A stretch of DNA of 63,488 nt. Source: a virus. Shown piece by piece: positions 1-10,426 of the stretch. Under the pieces are notes generated by a model that saw nothing but the letters and a program-made list of their open reading frames with translations, had not been told where the DNA came from and made no database searches. Each line of letters starts with the position of its first letter. Position 1 is the stretch's first letter. The translations under genes and the position numbers were made by a program. The stretch is from the IMG/VR virus record IMGVR_UViG_3300032144_000008, positions 1 through 63,488 of that record. One strand, 5' to 3'.

Positions 1-127
1 ACCTTTCACGTCATGAGCCAGGTTGCCGTGACGGCTGAACCGGGTGGAGTTACCGGCTACACTAGCGCATCAATACCCGCAGACTACGAACAGTTCATCC
101 TCCGCGCCTCGGACGCTGCCATGACGA
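1..127. repeat. 127-bp terminal direct repeat, identical to 63362..63488; interpreted as circular-assembly overlap
   Basis: Bases 1-127 are letter-for-letter identical to 63362-63488, so the unit genome is 63361 bp. The repeat lies inside an open reading frame. Confidence 0.95.
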
Positions 128-984
128 TTTACGTCAGCGACAGTTCCGACCCAATTGACCCTGACAACGCAACCACCTACGACGCCTCTGGAGTAGGAGA
201 GGTCCGGCTGCCGGACGATTTTGCCTTTGGGGGTGGAACGTTGTGGTACCTTGCCAAGAACACCACCGAAACAACCGTCAACTTTTATCTGCGTCGCATT
301 CTTTGCAACAAGGATTCCAATGGGGTGTATCCGGGGGATCTGCCAGACTTCTTCAAGAAATTGAACAATGGCAGCTTTGGTTATGAGATTCGCAGCTACA
401 ACTTCCCCAGCAGCACCTATTTGTCCACTTATCTAGAGTGTGGCAAGTTGGAAATTCCGCATTCCGGATACTGTGTCTTTGAGGTGGTGGTTTCACGGTT
501 GCCGGTATTGGGTGATAACGATCTGTGGGAGATTCCTTCCACGGGTGAAGCTGCCCTGGACGTCAAGCTCGGGGTCATGTTGGGCGCAACTTTTGATGTT
601 GCTGGGACGTTTGAGGAGTTTCAAACGGTGACAATTTTGGCAGACGAGCCAAGTGTGACGACGACGGTGTTTTGGCCGGTGATTGGCGGGACTCCGTTGG
701 CCTACCAATCAACCAGCGCGGTGGACGTCATGGCCTTTGTGAATTTCATGCCGTTGGTCAATAGCCATTTCTTCCCAGATTACGACTATTCTTCCGGAAG
801 TTTGGCCAATGTGTCGGTACACGGACAATGGTCAGGGGAACGACAAACTCCTTCGACCGCTAGGCTCAAGACCGGATTCGCCCTCAACGGAAGGCCATCA
901 GACCCAAACATTTCAGACTGGGTGGTGCTACCAGTCAGTGCTGAGCTTTACAACGACACCGAGGCAACTCTGGGAATTTTATGA
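1..984 (+). CDS. C-terminal part (327 codons) of the origin-spanning tail tip/baseplate protein; continuation of 61838..63488
   Basis: The frame is open from base 1 (acc ttt cac gtc atg...) and in phase with the frame open at the window end. The track lists only the internal ATG at 13. Stop at 982-984 overlaps the next start (ATGA). Confidence 0.8.
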   Translation, partial: TFHVMSQVAVTAEPGGVTGYTSASIPADYEQFILRASDAAMTIYVSDSSDPIDPDNATTYDASGVGEVRLPDDFAFGGGTLWYLAKNTTETTVNFYLRRILCNKDSNGVYPGDLPDFFKKLNNGSFGYEIRSYNFPSSTYLSTYLECGKLEIPHSGYCVFEVVVSRLPVLGDNDLWEIPSTGEAALDVKLGVMLGATFDVAGTFEEFQTVTILADEPSVTTTVFWPVIGGTPLAYQSTSAVDVMAFVNFMPLVNSHFFPDYDYSSGSLANVSVHGQWSGERQTPSTARLKTGFALNGRPSDPNISDWVVLPVSAELYNDTEATLGIL

Positions 985-3900
985 ACATCTTGAAAAGAAT
1001 CTTGGTCTTGTGGCTGGTCTTTCTGGCGGTTGTAGTCACGGCTCAAACACATGTGCGGTTTGATCTTGCTGCTCCTTACTTCAACGCCAACCCGGCTTCC
1101 AATCGGGTAGTGACATTGCAGCCGTTGACGCCATTTCCTGGCAACCTGATTACTTATACATCGTCGGTGGCAGGGATATTCTACCATTCCAATGCCTACA
1201 TTGGAGACTATTCGGGCGTCGTCAAGGCCAAGGGCCAGGCGGCACAGATTCCATTTCAGATCACAGTCACGGCCACCAATCTAGGTGTGATAGATGCGGA
1301 TGACATCACTTCGGTTTTGGGACAGCAAAGTTATCCGTCCGCAGGCAAGTCGTCCTGGTCCATTCAATCAGCAGACCAACGATTCTTATTCACTCCAACC
1401 AATGCCGCCACGGCGGAAGACGGACAGATCCTGGCCATCACCGGGGACAAGACCAAGTACATTGATGTAGCAGCCGGCAGCACCACTTACAATCTCATCA
1501 ACTCGACCAATCTGCCGGCCACTTCCATTCGACCGGGCACGGCAGGCATAGATATTTCCGGCAACGCCGCCACTGCCACCTTTGCTTCCAATGCAATTGA
1601 TGTGGCCGGGTCTGCTTCCATCAGCATAGAAACCAATCTATTGCTGCGCACCCCTTCACTGACAACCGCCGTCACCAATGCCTGGCGTTTGGATGCCACC
1701 AATGCCGCGTTGCTGGCAGCCCAGAACGCCACCAATGCTGCTGCTTTGGCCATCAACCTTGAGTTGACGGCAAGAACAAATCAGACCTCGCTTTCAAATG
1801 TGTTGCGCACTTCCTTTGCAGACATCAATGCCTCAAGCAGCACTGAATGGATCACAAACGCGCTGGCGTCCAAGACGGGAACCAATGAGATCCGTGCGGT
1901 GATTCACACCAACACCGCAAACGTGTTGGCAGGCGCAGTGATCACGGCCACCAATGCGCTGGTTGCTCCAACGGTCTATGCTAATGCAATTGAATCCACG
2001 AACGCAAGCAGCCTTACGATCACAGCAGGTGGCGACACTCTGACGTTGGGGTCAGATGCCGCGACGTATAATGGATCGAGCGGCTTTGTGGGAGTAGGCA
2101 GTTCCTTGACGGTGGACGCAAGCGGATTCAATGGCAATTTGACGACAGGCGACAATACGGTGCAAGAGATCGCTCAGAAGTTGGATGACCTGGTGGCCAG
2201 CGGTGCGGATCTGTCTGCGATTGATTTCCTGGTTGGGACGGCGAGCGGGTTGTTGTCGGGCGAGATTGCGGTGGGGATTACGCCGGGTGGTGAACTTGGT
2301 GGGACATGGGCCAGTCCTACGATTGATGACGGCGTGACGGTGACAAGTTGGGCATTGGGTGCATCCACGGCAACCACGCCAACCTCTGGCGACAACGACA
2401 CAAGCTTGGCCACGACAGCCTTCGTGCAGACTGAACTGGTGGCGGCGACCAATGGTTTGCCGGCATTGCTTTCGGCCAAGGCAGGCACAAATGAAACACG
2501 GGCATTGATTCATACCAATGCGGCGAATATTTTTGCGGGCGAAGGTTCTGGTTTGACCAATTTGAACGCCTCTGAATTGCGCAGTGGCACTGTTGCCGCG
2601 GCTCGCCTGCCGGCAAACACCGTCAGTTCGGACGGCATTGTGACCAGTGGCAGTGGACAGATTAGCAAGGTATGGAAAACCGACGGCAGCGGCAATCCAA
2701 GTTGGCAAGATGACGCGCTTGGCGAACCGGGCGGCGGCATCGGCACGCTGAATGGCTTGACCGCCGATCCGCAGAGCTTTTCTGTCGTGCGAACATTGAA
2801 TGATGCGCAGATCGTTTCGGCCACAAGCACACACACGTTTCATTTTCCTTACGCGGGGGCAAACACGAACGGATTATTGCACACGAACGATTGGGCAGTG
2901 TTCTCAGCGAAGGCGAGTGCACAATCGGTGATTGACGCCACGAACAGTGCCCGGCTGGCGATTCAATTGGAGCTCACCGCCAGAACGAATCAGGTGTCGC
3001 TATCAAATGTCTTGCGGACTTCCTTTGCGGACATTTCCGTGACTGGTGGCGGAGGCACAACGAATCTATTGGGGGTGCTTGTCGAAGGGAGTAATGCAGG
3101 TGGTCAAAGTGCTACCAATTTCAACACTGTCATAACCACCAACGTTTTAGGAGTCGGCAAGGCTGCCTATTTTACGAACTTGACACCAACCAGAATTGCA
3201 TTCGTTGGCAGTGGCAAGGATTTGACGAACAGCGCAGACTTGATTTTTAATGCGGCTGCCAAACGATTTGTTTCAGGGAATAACAACTCTGCCAAGGACG
3301 ACGCTACCGGAACAGACTCTGCCATAGTGGGAGGACAAGACAATTATTTGGGCGGATCAACCGAGGACGTTGCCATTTTGGGAGGTACATGGAACAGAAT
3401 CGGCGTAGCAAACCATCCGACGGGCGGAGGTGGATACTCCTCGGTTATTCTTGGCGGCCAGGGAAATTTGATAAGCGGATCAAATGATGTAGTTGCACCA
3501 TTATTCATGTCATACAACTCCATAATTCTGGGCGGCCAAAGCAACATCGTGACAAGAAATTTGGGCACGGCTGGCGGCAGAGGAGCATTGTCGGACCACG
3601 TCTCAGCTTGGGTGTGGTCTGATTCAACCACCGACACCAATTTTTATTCAACCGGCAGCAACCAGTTTCTGGTAAAAGCCACGGGCGGAGTCGGAATTAA
3701 CACCAACAACCCGCGTGGTTACTCCATGGCGATTCACGGGAATGTGTATCATCAAGGGACAAATTCCATGATGGGGGCGCACATCTTTAATGGCGCAGCC
3801 TCTGCTGGCGTATTGCGGATTGACGAGGATAGTGACGACGGAGCAAATTATTTGGCGCAGACCATTGCTCCGCTGGCGGGCAATCGCACCATCACTTGGC

Positions 3901-6900
3901 GGGATGCCAGTGGAACTCCTATGCTTTCCGGTGACACCTTCACCGGGGATGTGACCGCTACAATCGACACTGACGGCGGCACGGCCTTGACCATTGCAGA
4001 CTCCGTTGCCGTGACCGGCTGGACCTTAGGTGCGTCCATTGCCACCACACCGAGCAGTGGTGACAGCGACACATCGTTGGCCACTACAGCGTTTGTGCAG
4101 ACCGAATTGGCGGCTGCCACCAACGGACTGCCTGCTTTGCTTGCTGCCAAGTCGGGGACGAATGAGACGCGGGCAATTATTTTCACAAATGCCGCCAATC
4201 GAATTGCCACTTCGGTACTTACCAACGCAGCCACTACTGCAGCGTTGGTGTATGCGGATGCCAACGGCGGTTACGGCGAGGCAACTGTGGCAAATGTTTA
4301 TGGACTGTGGACAGGCACGGGCACATTCCCAACCCGCTTCGGCACGAACGCCGATGTTCATTTGATTCCTGGTAGCAATATCAGCATAACCACCAACACT
4401 GTAGGAAGCATATTTACCATCGCTTCATCAGGCGGGGCGGCGCTGGAATATGCCAATGCTCAAGACGTTTTCGTCACCACCGGCAATGACTCGGTGATCC
4501 TGGTGGATTCCGGCAGCAACATTCTGGCGACGTGGAACGGTGCGGCGGATACGTTTCTTCAGAACATCGCCGGCTCGACGCTCACGATGAATAGCGGCGG
4601 CGTGCAAATTGAGGCCACCGACCACGGCGTCTCGGTTGAAACGGACGGCATCAACATCACCGGCACAGGCATCAGTCCCAGCACGCTGCTGGGCGTGGAC
4701 GCGGACAGCGATCTGGTTTCCGTGACATCGCTGTCCTCACTGAATGTGACGCTACTCAACGCCACGAATGTTGCCACGATGATCACCAACGCGCCTTTCC
4801 TTAAGACGGACGCGAACAGCTTGCTGGCTTACACGGCAGACGGCGCCAGCCTTACCAACCTCAACGGCAGCATTGTCATCGCAGGCAGCAATGTGACGGT
4901 CACCACCAACACCGTGGCCGGCACGGGGCAGAAGACTTACACCGTGGCCAGCACGGGCGGCGGTGGCGATGCCACCAAGCTGATGATGAGCGGTGGCCTT
5001 GGAACAGACGACACCTGGGCGGGCGCGATCATCACCAACTTGAACGCGGGCGCAACCATAGCGCAATGGGACGCGGTGTATCTTGGCAGCGCGAGCAAAT
5101 GGCTGCTCGCGGATGCGAATGGATCGGGAACATATCCGGCGCTCGGCATTGTGACCTCAGCGGCGAATGACACCGATCCCGTCACGGTGGTCACGCATGG
5201 CACGATCCGCAATGATGCGTGGGCATGGACGCCGGGCGGCACGTTGTATCTCAGTTTGACGGCGGGCGGCCTCACGCAGACTGCGCCGTCCACGGATGGC
5301 GAGATTCTCCAAGTTGTCGGAACGGCGCTCACGGCGGATATTATTGAAGTCAATCCGTCGTCGGACTATGCCGAACTTGGAACGCCGGCAGCCGGCGGGA
5401 CTCCTGCTTTGGCATTAGTATTGGCTGAGGGTCAGGACGCGGACGGCCTTTCGATTACTAATCTCGGATCGCCGACTGCAGCGGACGATGCCGCAAGATT
5501 AGCAGACATCAATTCAGCGACGAATGGCTTCCCCGCGTTGATTGCAGTCAAGGCGAACACGAACGCGCCTGTCCTCTATTACCCGTCCATTTACGGCATC
5601 ACGACGAACCTGCCGTATTCCCCGACTGTGAACATCTTGAGGACGTTCGTGCCGCAGACGAATGATTACGCCGGACAGTTGGCCTTCAACGAGTGGTGGT
5701 CCTACGACAGCCAAACGGACAATGGTGAGGGCATTTACAGCCGCGGCTGGAACCACAGCCCCACCGGCCACATTGACACGAATTTCCACAGCTTCCTGGA
5801 AAACGTGGAATTGAACTGGGATCCCACGCTTGGCGCCCCCAACGAACTGGAGCGGCAGATTGAATATTATCTGGAATACGGACCTCGCTCCAATGGCGCG
5901 TCCGCCCGGGTGTTCGGTTTAACGATGCGCAGCAACCTGATGACCGCCCGGTTCAATGCCGACTTCTTCGGGGTTGCGGATCCTTATTCCAATGTCCCCT
6001 CCTTCTCGGTGGACCCGGATCGCGACAACGATTCGGCGGTGATGATCTTGAAGGGCATCTTCAAGGTGCGCACCAATGCCGCGAACGGCGGGCAGATTGT
6101 TCTGGAAGGCGGACAACTTCAACACACCGTGCCGAGCGGCTTCACCGCGTCCTTCGTCACCAGTGGCGTGGACTGGGACAATGGGCAGGCCGTGCGCCCG
6201 GACTTCTTCATGCACAGCACCGGCACGAGCAAGGCGTGGACGACCACGGGCTTCACCAATCTGAACTTGACACGGGCGGCGCTGGCCTTGAGCAACGGCA
6301 CGCCGGGCCGCGTGATGATGTTTGGGCCGGGCAACCTGGTGACCAATGTGAGCGGGACCGGCGTACTGCTCGGCACGGGCGATCCGGCGGTGGCCGGCAC
6401 GGATTACGTTTCTCCGTCTGGAAGCGGTGCGGCGCTTACGGTGGATGCGAGCGGCTTTGATGGCAACCTCACTACCAGCGACAACACGGTCCAGGAGGTG
6501 GCGCAGAAGCTTGATGATCTTGTGGCCATTGGTGGAAATTACCTGTCCAACACATTGTATGTCTCTTTCTCAAGTGGCAATGACACTACCGCTCTGCCCG
6601 GACGCAGGGACCTGCCCTACGCGACGCTGTCCAACGCCGTCTATGCGGCGGACACCGACGACACAGTGTTTGTGTTTCCTGGCCGCTACACCAACAGCGG
6701 TCCGATGATGACGCTCTCGAATAAGAGCACCTCCATCTATTTCCTGGGCGAAGGGATGTTGGTGCTGACCAATAACACCGAGATTCTTCTGCAACAACCC
6801 ACGAATCATAACATTGTCCACGCACCCGGCTGGACCTGGATCACTCAACTTGGACACGCGTTCCGGCAGGCCCCCGTCGGGCAGGGAGACGCCAACATCG

Positions 6901-9161
6901 ATCTCACGGTTGGGCATGTTAAGAACCGGGTGAATGGTAAAATCGCCATCCAGACGGATGGCGAAGGCACCAACCGTTTCACCTTTTCCAGCATTCATTG
7001 CACTGGCAGCGGTGTAGGCATCAGCGTCAACAATCCGGAGAACCACATGTATATTGGCACCATCCTGTGTGCCACCGGCGAACCGATCCAAATCGAACTG
7101 GGTCGAAATTATATCTACGCGGACCAGATGACCGCCAGCAACACTGTGCTTTATGTCTACGGCTCTCAAAGCTCGACCTATACCGATATTCAGGTAGGGA
7201 AACTGGAATCGCTCTCCGGTAACTATCTGATCACGGGTGATGACGTTGGCCAGCTTTACATCACGGCCAACACCATCATTGGCAACGCAGACTACCGGAT
7301 GATTGATTGCTTTGCCACCAACCTGACCATTCGCGGAGCGACCATCATCAACCGAGGCACCGGCGCGTTGTTCCACGGCTACAGCGGCAACAACACCTAC
7401 CTGATCGGCTGCCGCCTGGAATCTGAAGGAGCGGAGATCGAGGGGGCTGGCACTAGCAAGTTTTATCTCATGGGCACCTCTTACGACCCGGCCACATCCA
7501 GCGGCACCATCAACCGACTGGATAATTATTTCCCGGTCAACGCGAATGTGGCCGGCACGAATCACAGCCACGCGCTGGTGCTCACGAATCTCAACCAGGG
7601 CAACGCCACGGTGGCGCTCGGACTGGACGGCGCTACCGGACGAGTAACAACCAATAGTGTGCCCGGCGGCTCGGGTGATGATCTGGGTGATGCCACGGCG
7701 GTGGATGTGCAGGCGTTATTTCCTAGTCCGATCCTGACGAATGGCCATACCGCACGCGTGTTCCTTGGGAACGGATTGCTGTCCACGAACGCGGCGGCCA
7801 CCAACCTTTTTGCGGGCCCGCTAATCTCGCCGGGCGATGGTTCGCAATCCTTCAAGGCCGGCGAGGCGGCTGACGCCGACGGCGCTGGGGCCACGGCGGT
7901 GGGCGTGGGCGCGACTGCTCCGGGTGCAGACGGAACAGCAGTTGGCCGCAACGCGCAGGCCAACAATGAAAATTCCACGGCGCTGGGCGAAGGCACGGCG
8001 GCAGACGCCAATCTCGCCACCGCCGTTGGTGCGGAGGCGGGCGCATCGGGATCCAGCTCAACTGCGATTGGTGGCGCTTCCTCCGCCGGTCATGGCAACT
8101 CCACCGCACTGGGCACGAGCGCCACCACCACCGAAGCCAACCAGATCCGCCTGGGCACGGCGTCGGAAAACGTGAGCGTCCCTGGCGGCTTGCGCGTGAA
8201 TGGAACCATCTTTGCCACGAACCTCACGGCCAGCCAGTTTGTGGCCACGGACGCGGACAAGAAACTCGTCAGCACTTTGAACGGCTCGACGTTGACCGAT
8301 CTGAACGCGGCGAATCTCGGCAGCGGTATCATTCCCGATGCGCGGATGCCAAACCTCACCGGCGAAGTCACCACCAGCGAAGGCGCGGTGGCCACCATGA
8401 TTGCGGATAGCGTGACGGTCACGGGCTGGGCTTTGGGCACCAGCACGGCAGACAACTTCACCGCCGGCACACTGACCAACACGGCGGGCACAGCTAACCG
8501 GATGGCCTTTCATGACGCGAACAAGAAGATCATCGCCGCCGCCGCCAGCGGTGCGGTGCCATTAAATGCGGATGGCTCGGCCACCACCTGGGCGCAGATC
8601 AACGCGCTCGCCCCGGCAGGCATCATCACCAACTACACCACGCAGGCGATCACGTTGACCAACGCCGCCAACGCCATTGCTGGGGTGCTGACCAATGCCG
8701 GCGGAACGGCCTGGGGCGTCGCCTACCACGACTCAAACAAGAAGATCACTTCCACCGCTGCCGGAACGGCTGGGCAGGTCTTGATAAGCAACGGCAGCGC
8801 CGCCCCGTCCTACGTCTCGCGCACGAACTGTGCGACGTTCGTTTTGGAAAACCCCACGAGCAGCGACAAGATGCCCGGCCCGCGCTTGCAGGGCGCGTCA
8901 ACCATCCGCAGCGTCACCTGCACGCTCATCGGCAGCGGCTCGCCCTCGATCACTTACAACATCAAATACGGCTCGGATCTCAGCGCCGCCGGCACCAGCG
9001 TGACCACGACGCCGAGCGCCGTGACCAGCGTGACCACCGGCACCGCCGCCACGATCAACAACTCCGCCGTGACCGGCGGGGACATTCTCTGGCTGGCGAA
9101 CACCGCGCAGAGCGGCACGGTCAACTGGATGAGTGTAACCGTGGAATACACGACGCCATGA
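981..9161 (+). CDS. giant mosaic tail fibre / adhesin-like protein (2726 aa) with embedded beta-helix (pectate-lyase-like) and YadA-head-like segments
   Basis: Single uninterrupted ORF. N-terminus MNILKRILVLWLVFLAVVVTA-QT is signal-peptide-like. Has internal protein repeats (DTSLATTAFVQTEL..ATNGLPALL, TVDASGF.GNLTT.DNTVQE.AQKLDDLVA). Motif LPGRRDLPYATLSNAVYAADTDDTVFVFPGRYT is typical of right-handed beta-helix depolymerases. An Ala/Gly-rich run ..STALG..ATAVG..STAIG..STALG resembles Hep_Hag head repeats. Confidence 0.85.
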   Translation: MNILKRILVLWLVFLAVVVTAQTHVRFDLAAPYFNANPASNRVVTLQPLTPFPGNLITYTSSVAGIFYHSNAYIGDYSGVVKAKGQAAQIPFQITVTATNLGVIDADDITSVLGQQSYPSAGKSSWSIQSADQRFLFTPTNAATAEDGQILAITGDKTKYIDVAAGSTTYNLINSTNLPATSIRPGTAGIDISGNAATATFASNAIDVAGSASISIETNLLLRTPSLTTAVTNAWRLDATNAALLAAQNATNAAALAINLELTARTNQTSLSNVLRTSFADINASSSTEWITNALASKTGTNEIRAVIHTNTANVLAGAVITATNALVAPTVYANAIESTNASSLTITAGGDTLTLGSDAATYNGSSGFVGVGSSLTVDASGFNGNLTTGDNTVQEIAQKLDDLVASGADLSAIDFLVGTASGLLSGEIAVGITPGGELGGTWASPTIDDGVTVTSWALGASTATTPTSGDNDTSLATTAFVQTELVAATNGLPALLSAKAGTNETRALIHTNAANIFAGEGSGLTNLNASELRSGTVAAARLPANTVSSDGIVTSGSGQISKVWKTDGSGNPSWQDDALGEPGGGIGTLNGLTADPQSFSVVRTLNDAQIVSATSTHTFHFPYAGANTNGLLHTNDWAVFSAKASAQSVIDATNSARLAIQLELTARTNQVSLSNVLRTSFADISVTGGGGTTNLLGVLVEGSNAGGQSATNFNTVITTNVLGVGKAAYFTNLTPTRIAFVGSGKDLTNSADLIFNAAAKRFVSGNNNSAKDDATGTDSAIVGGQDNYLGGSTEDVAILGGTWNRIGVANHPTGGGGYSSVILGGQGNLISGSNDVVAPLFMSYNSIILGGQSNIVTRNLGTAGGRGALSDHVSAWVWSDSTTDTNFYSTGSNQFLVKATGGVGINTNNPRGYSMAIHGNVYHQGTNSMMGAHIFNGAASAGVLRIDEDSDDGANYLAQTIAPLAGNRTITWRDASGTPMLSGDTFTGDVTATIDTDGGTALTIADSVAVTGWTLGASIATTPSSGDSDTSLATTAFVQTELAAATNGLPALLAAKSGTNETRAIIFTNAANRIATSVLTNAATTAALVYADANGGYGEATVANVYGLWTGTGTFPTRFGTNADVHLIPGSNISITTNTVGSIFTIASSGGAALEYANAQDVFVTTGNDSVILVDSGSNILATWNGAADTFLQNIAGSTLTMNSGGVQIEATDHGVSVETDGINITGTGISPSTLLGVDADSDLVSVTSLSSLNVTLLNATNVATMITNAPFLKTDANSLLAYTADGASLTNLNGSIVIAGSNVTVTTNTVAGTGQKTYTVASTGGGGDATKLMMSGGLGTDDTWAGAIITNLNAGATIAQWDAVYLGSASKWLLADANGSGTYPALGIVTSAANDTDPVTVVTHGTIRNDAWAWTPGGTLYLSLTAGGLTQTAPSTDGEILQVVGTALTADIIEVNPSSDYAELGTPAAGGTPALALVLAEGQDADGLSITNLGSPTAADDAARLADINSATNGFPALIAVKANTNAPVLYYPSIYGITTNLPYSPTVNILRTFVPQTNDYAGQLAFNEWWSYDSQTDNGEGIYSRGWNHSPTGHIDTNFHSFLENVELNWDPTLGAPNELERQIEYYLEYGPRSNGASARVFGLTMRSNLMTARFNADFFGVADPYSNVPSFSVDPDRDNDSAVMILKGIFKVRTNAANGGQIVLEGGQLQHTVPSGFTASFVTSGVDWDNGQAVRPDFFMHSTGTSKAWTTTGFTNLNLTRAALALSNGTPGRVMMFGPGNLVTNVSGTGVLLGTGDPAVAGTDYVSPSGSGAALTVDASGFDGNLTTSDNTVQEVAQKLDDLVAIGGNYLSNTLYVSFSSGNDTTALPGRRDLPYATLSNAVYAADTDDTVFVFPGRYTNSGPMMTLSNKSTSIYFLGEGMLVLTNNTEILLQQPTNHNIVHAPGWTWITQLGHAFRQAPVGQGDANIDLTVGHVKNRVNGKIAIQTDGEGTNRFTFSSIHCTGSGVGISVNNPENHMYIGTILCATGEPIQIELGRNYIYADQMTASNTVLYVYGSQSSTYTDIQVGKLESLSGNYLITGDDVGQLYITANTIIGNADYRMIDCFATNLTIRGATIINRGTGALFHGYSGNNTYLIGCRLESEGAEIEGAGTSKFYLMGTSYDPATSSGTINRLDNYFPVNANVAGTNHSHALVLTNLNQGNATVALGLDGATGRVTTNSVPGGSGDDLGDATAVDVQALFPSPILTNGHTARVFLGNGLLSTNAAATNLFAGPLISPGDGSQSFKAGEAADADGAGATAVGVGATAPGADGTAVGRNAQANNENSTALGEGTAADANLATAVGAEAGASGSSSTAIGGASSAGHGNSTALGTSATTTEANQIRLGTASENVSVPGGLRVNGTIFATNLTASQFVATDADKKLVSTLNGSTLTDLNAANLGSGIIPDARMPNLTGEVTTSEGAVATMIADSVTVTGWALGTSTADNFTAGTLTNTAGTANRMAFHDANKKIIAAAASGAVPLNADGSATTWAQINALAPAGIITNYTTQAITLTNAANAIAGVLTNAGGTAWGVAYHDSNKKITSTAAGTAGQVLISNGSAAPSYVSRTNCATFVLENPTSSDKMPGPRLQGASTIRSVTCTLIGSGSPSITYNIKYGSDLSAAGTSVTTTPSAVTSVTTGTAATINNSAVTGGDILWLANTAQSGTVNWMSVTVEYTTP

Positions 9162-10426
9162 AATCCATTCTCCATCTTCCATTCTCCATCCTCGTCTTCC
9201 TGACGTTTGCCCTCCCCGCCCACGCCCTCACGCCCGTCTTTTGTTGCGGCTTCGAGTGCGGTCAGATGGGATCGGCGGGCCAGCATTGGACTTCCGGGGG
9301 TGGGACGGTCTCTTTTGACACCACCACCAAGCGCAACGGTGCGCGGGCGTTGCGGACCAATCCCACGGCCTCGTCCAGCGCCTACGTCACCTCCCCATCG
9401 CCCGGCAGTTTCGACACCTGGGTGGGTCGCGTGGCCATTTATTTCACCACCCTGCCGAGCATCAACCAGACGCTCTTTATTGGCGCCAACACCTCGGCGG
9501 GGGCGGTCTTCAACGCTTCGGACAGCAAGATTTATCCGGGTTATTTGAGCGGCACGGTGCAGTTCGGTAGCAGTGGCGTGGCGGTGACCACCGGGGTTTG
9601 GTATATCCTCAACGTCTCGGTCAATGTATCCGCCAACCCCTGGCTGATTGATGTGAAAGTGGACGCCACCACCACCACGCAGTTGAGCCGGGCCACGACC
9701 GCTTCAGGGGACACCGCCTTTCGCGTGGGGATGGTTCAGTCCTCCAGCACCACGGCCGATGTTTATTTCGACGATCTTGTGATCACTTCCGCGGGTGGCG
9801 ACTACCCCATCGGCGACGGTTACGTAAACCATTTCGTGCCCACATCCGACGGCACGCACAACGTCGCTGGCGCGGCGGACTTCCGGCGCGGCGACACCAC
9901 CACCGACATCCTCAACGCCACCACCACAGCCTATCAACTCGTGGACGATGTGCCGCTCGATGACACGACCCCGGACACGGACGACCACATCCGCATTGCC
10001 GCGCCCGCCAACGCGACGGATTACGTCGAACTGGTCTTTGGCCCCGCCAGCGGCATCAGCACACCGACCGTTGCGCCGCGTGCCGTCGAGGTCATCACGG
10101 AAATCTTCGCCGCCGGCACGGGCCTCTCCGACGAGATCATCAAGCTCAACGACAACGGTACCGAGGACAACATTTACGACGGCACGCAGGTGGCGGGCGT
10201 CACGACCGGCACTTACAAACGCAAACATTACGCCGCCGGACCTGCCGGCGCGTGGACGATTGGCGGCGGTGGCAACGGGGACTTCAACGATCTGCGCCTG
10301 CGCTACGGCTACGCCACGGACGCCAATCCGGACAAATCCCTGATGGCCGTCATGGTAGAGGCCGAGTTCGTCCCGTCCATCCCACCGCCTGCCCGCACCC
10401 GCCGAGCCCAAGTGATCACCAAATGA
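9158..10426 (+). CDS. secreted-type (signal peptide) ConA/LamG-like putative receptor-binding or fibre-associated protein
   Basis: ATGA overlap with the fibre gene. N-terminus MKSILHLPFSILVFLTFALPAHA-LT. Beta-rich Thr/Ser/Asp composition. Confidence 0.7.
   Translation: MKSILHLPFSILVFLTFALPAHALTPVFCCGFECGQMGSAGQHWTSGGGTVSFDTTTKRNGARALRTNPTASSSAYVTSPSPGSFDTWVGRVAIYFTTLPSINQTLFIGANTSAGAVFNASDSKIYPGYLSGTVQFGSSGVAVTTGVWYILNVSVNVSANPWLIDVKVDATTTTQLSRATTASGDTAFRVGMVQSSSTTADVYFDDLVITSAGGDYPIGDGYVNHFVPTSDGTHNVAGAADFRRGDTTTDILNATTTAYQLVDDVPLDDTTPDTDDHIRIAAPANATDYVELVFGPASGISTPTVAPRAVEVITEIFAAGTGLSDEIIKLNDNGTEDNIYDGTQVAGVTTGTYKRKHYAAGPAGAWTIGGGGNGDFNDLRLRYGYATDANPDKSLMAVMVEAEFVPSIPPPARTRRAQVITK

Noticed and set aside
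1-127. Terminal repeat as a biological DTR, cos site or att site
   Set aside because: It lies inside a continuous coding frame, is exactly 127 bp (assembler k-mer-like), and has no flanking integrase or host sequence. I interpret it as a circularisation overlap.
7840-8170. Ala/Gly-rich stretch of the fibre as mere low-complexity or an alternative-frame gene (track ORFs 7837..8175 + and 7562..8020 -)
   Set aside because: The main frame shows a periodic ..S/T-A-(L/V/I)-G.. pattern like adhesin head repeats and is continuous with the flanking fibre sequence. The alternative frames are Arg/Pro-rich shadows.
981-9161. Diversity-generating retroelement or phase-variable shufflon acting on the fibre repeats
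   Set aside because: No reverse transcriptase or invertase gene was found. No template/variable repeat pair with adenine-specific differences was seen. The repeat pairs are diverged at many positions of all base types.
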